A stretch of DNA of 64,000 nt from Octopus sinensis (lineage: Eukaryota), in NCBI RefSeq assembly GCF_006345805.1, contig NC_043000.1, positions 71,176,001-71,240,000 of the forward strand, written 5' to 3'. The position numbers were made by a program, and so were the translations under genes. The notes under the pieces were generated by a model. That model was given only the letters and a program-made list of their open reading frames with translations. It was not told where the DNA came from and searched no databases. The stretch's first letter is position 1. Every line of letters begins with the position of its first letter. Shown here piece after piece: positions 62,877 to 64,000 of the stretch.

Positions 62877-63060
62877 ATCATCATCATCATTTAGCATCCA
62901 CTCTTTATACTGGCATGAGTTGAATGGTTCAACAGGATCCAACAAGTTGGAGGATTGCATCATGCTCCAGTGTCTGTTTTGGCAAGTGGATGCCCTTCCT
63001 AATGCCAACTGTTTTACAGGGTGTACTTCATTCATTTTTTTTTTTTTTCATGGCACCAGC
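62877..63060 (-). mobile_element. Degraded RTE 3' tail
   Basis: (ATC)n followed by ...GGATGCCCTTCCTAATGCCAAC. Confidence 0.7.
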
Positions 63061-63075
63061 AACTTAAAAGATTAA

Positions 63076-63297
63076 TCCTTTTGATACCAACTCACCTGAA
63101 ACCATCTCTAACTCTGTAATATAAATGTCTTGTTTTCAAAATTTCTGAATTAAAATCTTTCACCAAACCTTAGTTATAATTTTTGTTCCTAACACTAACT
63201 TAATGATAACTAGGTTATTTTACTAAATTCTTTGTTATATTTAAAATTAACTGAAAGAAACACAGAGCATCTCAACAGAAATATGGTAACAAAAGGG
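63076..63297. mobile_element. piggyBac-like MITE, TTAA TSD
   Basis: TTAA|TCCTTTTGATACCA ... TGGTAACAAAAGGG|TTAA. Confidence 0.75.
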
Positions 63298-63479
63298 TTA
63301 ACAAGCTTAAAGGAGCTCTTATAACTGATTGAGATAGTTGTGATTCTATGCAACATGGTGAGAGTATGATGAGATGAACAAATTTAGAGGTGTGAAAGTA
63401 TGTTAGTAGAGATAGTAACAGAGTAGATACTTAGGGGTGGGGTGTGGAGGAAATAAAGGAAATAGATGGAATTGATATC

Positions 63480-63600
63480 AAGGTAATATCTCCTTGAACT
63501 TGTCCCAACTCCTTTTAATCTAGCCACTGTACTTTCTGAACACTTACTCCCTCTGGTGCTACTTAGGTCATCTAGGTAACAAAATCTATCAACTATTCCT
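63480..63600 (-). pseudogene. Old RTE RT fragment
   Basis: Minus strand reads VDRFCYLDDLSS..SESTVARL..DKFKEILP, cf. VDSFCYLGDQVSSGGGCAESVAARIRIAWAKFRELLP in the 24.3-27.5 kb copy. Confidence 0.6.
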
Positions 63601-64000
63601 GGGGACGAAAGCTGAAAACCATTCTAGGGAACCATCCAGGTATTTGAAGGAATTTATTCCCCAAATAGTCTGTATGTTTATTGCCTTCATGCACTTACTG
63701 TATATGAAATCTACCTTCTGTTGGCTTGCACATGATCCTTCTACACGTTTTGTGTATCAATTGTTTACACTGGGAACACTATACAGGATGTGTACCAAGT
63801 CTTTTTTGATATATGAACTCAGTCATTTTCCTAAAAGTTTGTTTTTGCTATATTTTCTTTAAGGCTCTTCAATTCCGGGTTTTGCTTCCATATCTACAAT
63901 TTCTGCTCCAAACCTTCTACAGATTCTGCTGTCTGAGCTAAGTCATCAGCAACTGCCACTATGTGATCTGATGTGTGTGTGTGTGTGTGTGTGTGTGTGT

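Overview
Eukaryotic, AT-rich, repeat-saturated DNA. The repeat set (huge interrupted (AT)n arrays, RTE LINEs with (GAT)n tails, a tRNA-derived SINE) is what I associate with an Octopus genome; that assignment is an inference from recognition, not a search. I cannot support any host protein-coding gene, and the many IYIY/YMYM ORFs are microsatellite artefacts. The window is a nested mosaic. It holds RTE-BovB-like, RTEX-like, CR1/L2-like and R4/Dong-like LINE copies, an ORF1-only L1/Tx1-like element, and Penelope-like elements (PLEs) of two types (Penelope/Poseidon-like and Naiad-like). It also holds two Tc1 transposons (one broken only by a stop at the catalytic Glu codon), several MITEs/foldbacks, a probable solo LTR and SINEs. 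The most notable layer not shown by the ORF track is RNA structure: about 10 type-I hammerhead-ribozyme (HHR) or HHR-like motifs on both strands. These include a non-coding ~340-bp HHR repeat family with partial tandem structure (retrozyme-like; 21.8, 24.0 and 29.0 kb), a well-formed HHR with a long stem II at 54.9 kb, and a 404-bp near-perfect palindrome with an HHR-like motif on each arm at 56.3-56.7 kb.
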